Source: Octopus vulgaris | Taxonomy: Eukaryota | Length of the DNA: 64,000 nt | Direction: 5' to 3' | Assembly (NCBI GenBank): GCA_951406725.2 | Contig: OX597819.1 | Location: 59,768,001-59,832,000 of the forward strand | Shown here: one piece after another, positions 63,424 to 64,000 of the stretch | Layout of the letters: every line of letters starts with the position of its first letter | How positions within the stretch are numbered: the stretch's first letter is position 1 | The notes under the pieces: generated by a model | Seen by the model: only the letters and a program-made list of their open reading frames with translations | Databases searched by the model: none | Told to the model about the DNA's origin: nothing | Position numbers and translations under genes: made by a program

Positions 63424-63990
63424 AAGGTGGCAAGCTAGCAAAATTGTTAGCATGCCTTGCACAATACAAAACATAATTTCGTCTGGGTTTTTTTTTTCTA
63501 GGTTCAGACATCACCAGAGTAGACTTTCCTCTTTGATCCTTTTGGATCAGTCAAGTATTGGGGGTCGATGTAATCAAGTAGACCCCTTCCCCAATATTTC
63601 AGGCCTTGTGCCTATAATAGAAAGGATTATTATTATTATTATTATTGAAGATGTCACACAGTATCCAATTTTATGATGTTTGTAGATTTATGGAAGTACC
63701 AGTGTAATACTGGGGTTGATGTAATTGACTAGTCCCCTCTCTCCAAATTTCAAGCCTTGTCCTTTTTGTAGAAATGATTGTCCGGCAAGCTAACAGAATC
63801 GTTAGCAAGCTGGCGAAATGCTTAGCAGTATTTCGTCTGCCGTTACATTCTGGGTTCAAATTCCACCGAGGTTGACTTTGCCTTTCATCCTTTTGGGATT
63901 GATTAAATAAGTACCAGTTATGCACTGGGGTTAATGTAATCGACTTAATCCCTTTGTCTGTCCTTGTTTGTCCTCTCTGCTTAGCCCCCC
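63424..63990 (+). mobile_element. SINE family B cluster following a long (ATT)n
   Basis: Family B copies or fragments at ~63424-63630, 63694-63778 and 63783-63990. Confidence 0.8.
63648..63690 (-). mobile_element. Extreme 3' terminus of the same R4/Dong-like family next to (TAA)n
   Basis: AAGATGTCACACAGTATCCAATTTTATGATGT matches 4879-4910 and again abuts an (ATT)n tract. Confidence 0.65.
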
Positions 63991-64000
63991 CACCCCCCAC

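Overview
AT-rich, repeat-dense eukaryotic genomic DNA. The SINE, RTE-LINE and (TA)n/(CA)n/(GAT)n/(ATT)n repertoire points to an octopus (coleoid cephalopod); this is inference from repeat content. The window looks like mostly intronic sequence of a long + strand gene, with a CpG-retaining first ~1.3 kb and one convincing 37-nt micro-exon at 42245. The only long intact reading frame is a 5'-truncated RTE-clade LINE (26350-29064: APE endonuclease remnant, RT, inserted PHD-type finger). The rest is two tRNA-like SINE families, short RTE 3'-end copies, TTAA (piggyBac-type) and TA (mariner-type) MITEs, fossil CR1-like and RLE (R4/Dong-like) LINE pieces, minisatellites and local templated duplications. 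The most notable signal is a set of short, mutually unrelated non-coding elements carrying minimal type-I hammerhead-ribozyme motifs (17091-17208, 18908-18962, 41176-41221, 62242-62279, degenerate at ~14141-14182). Most sit inside (TA)n tracts. Three inserts have a 72-82 bp fold-back arm that turns at the ribozyme or a ribozyme-like palindrome, and one motif is the tail of a tRNA-headed SINE. This suggests a Penelope-like/retrozyme system of non-autonomous elements. Nearly all short ORFs in the supplied track are repeat artefacts.
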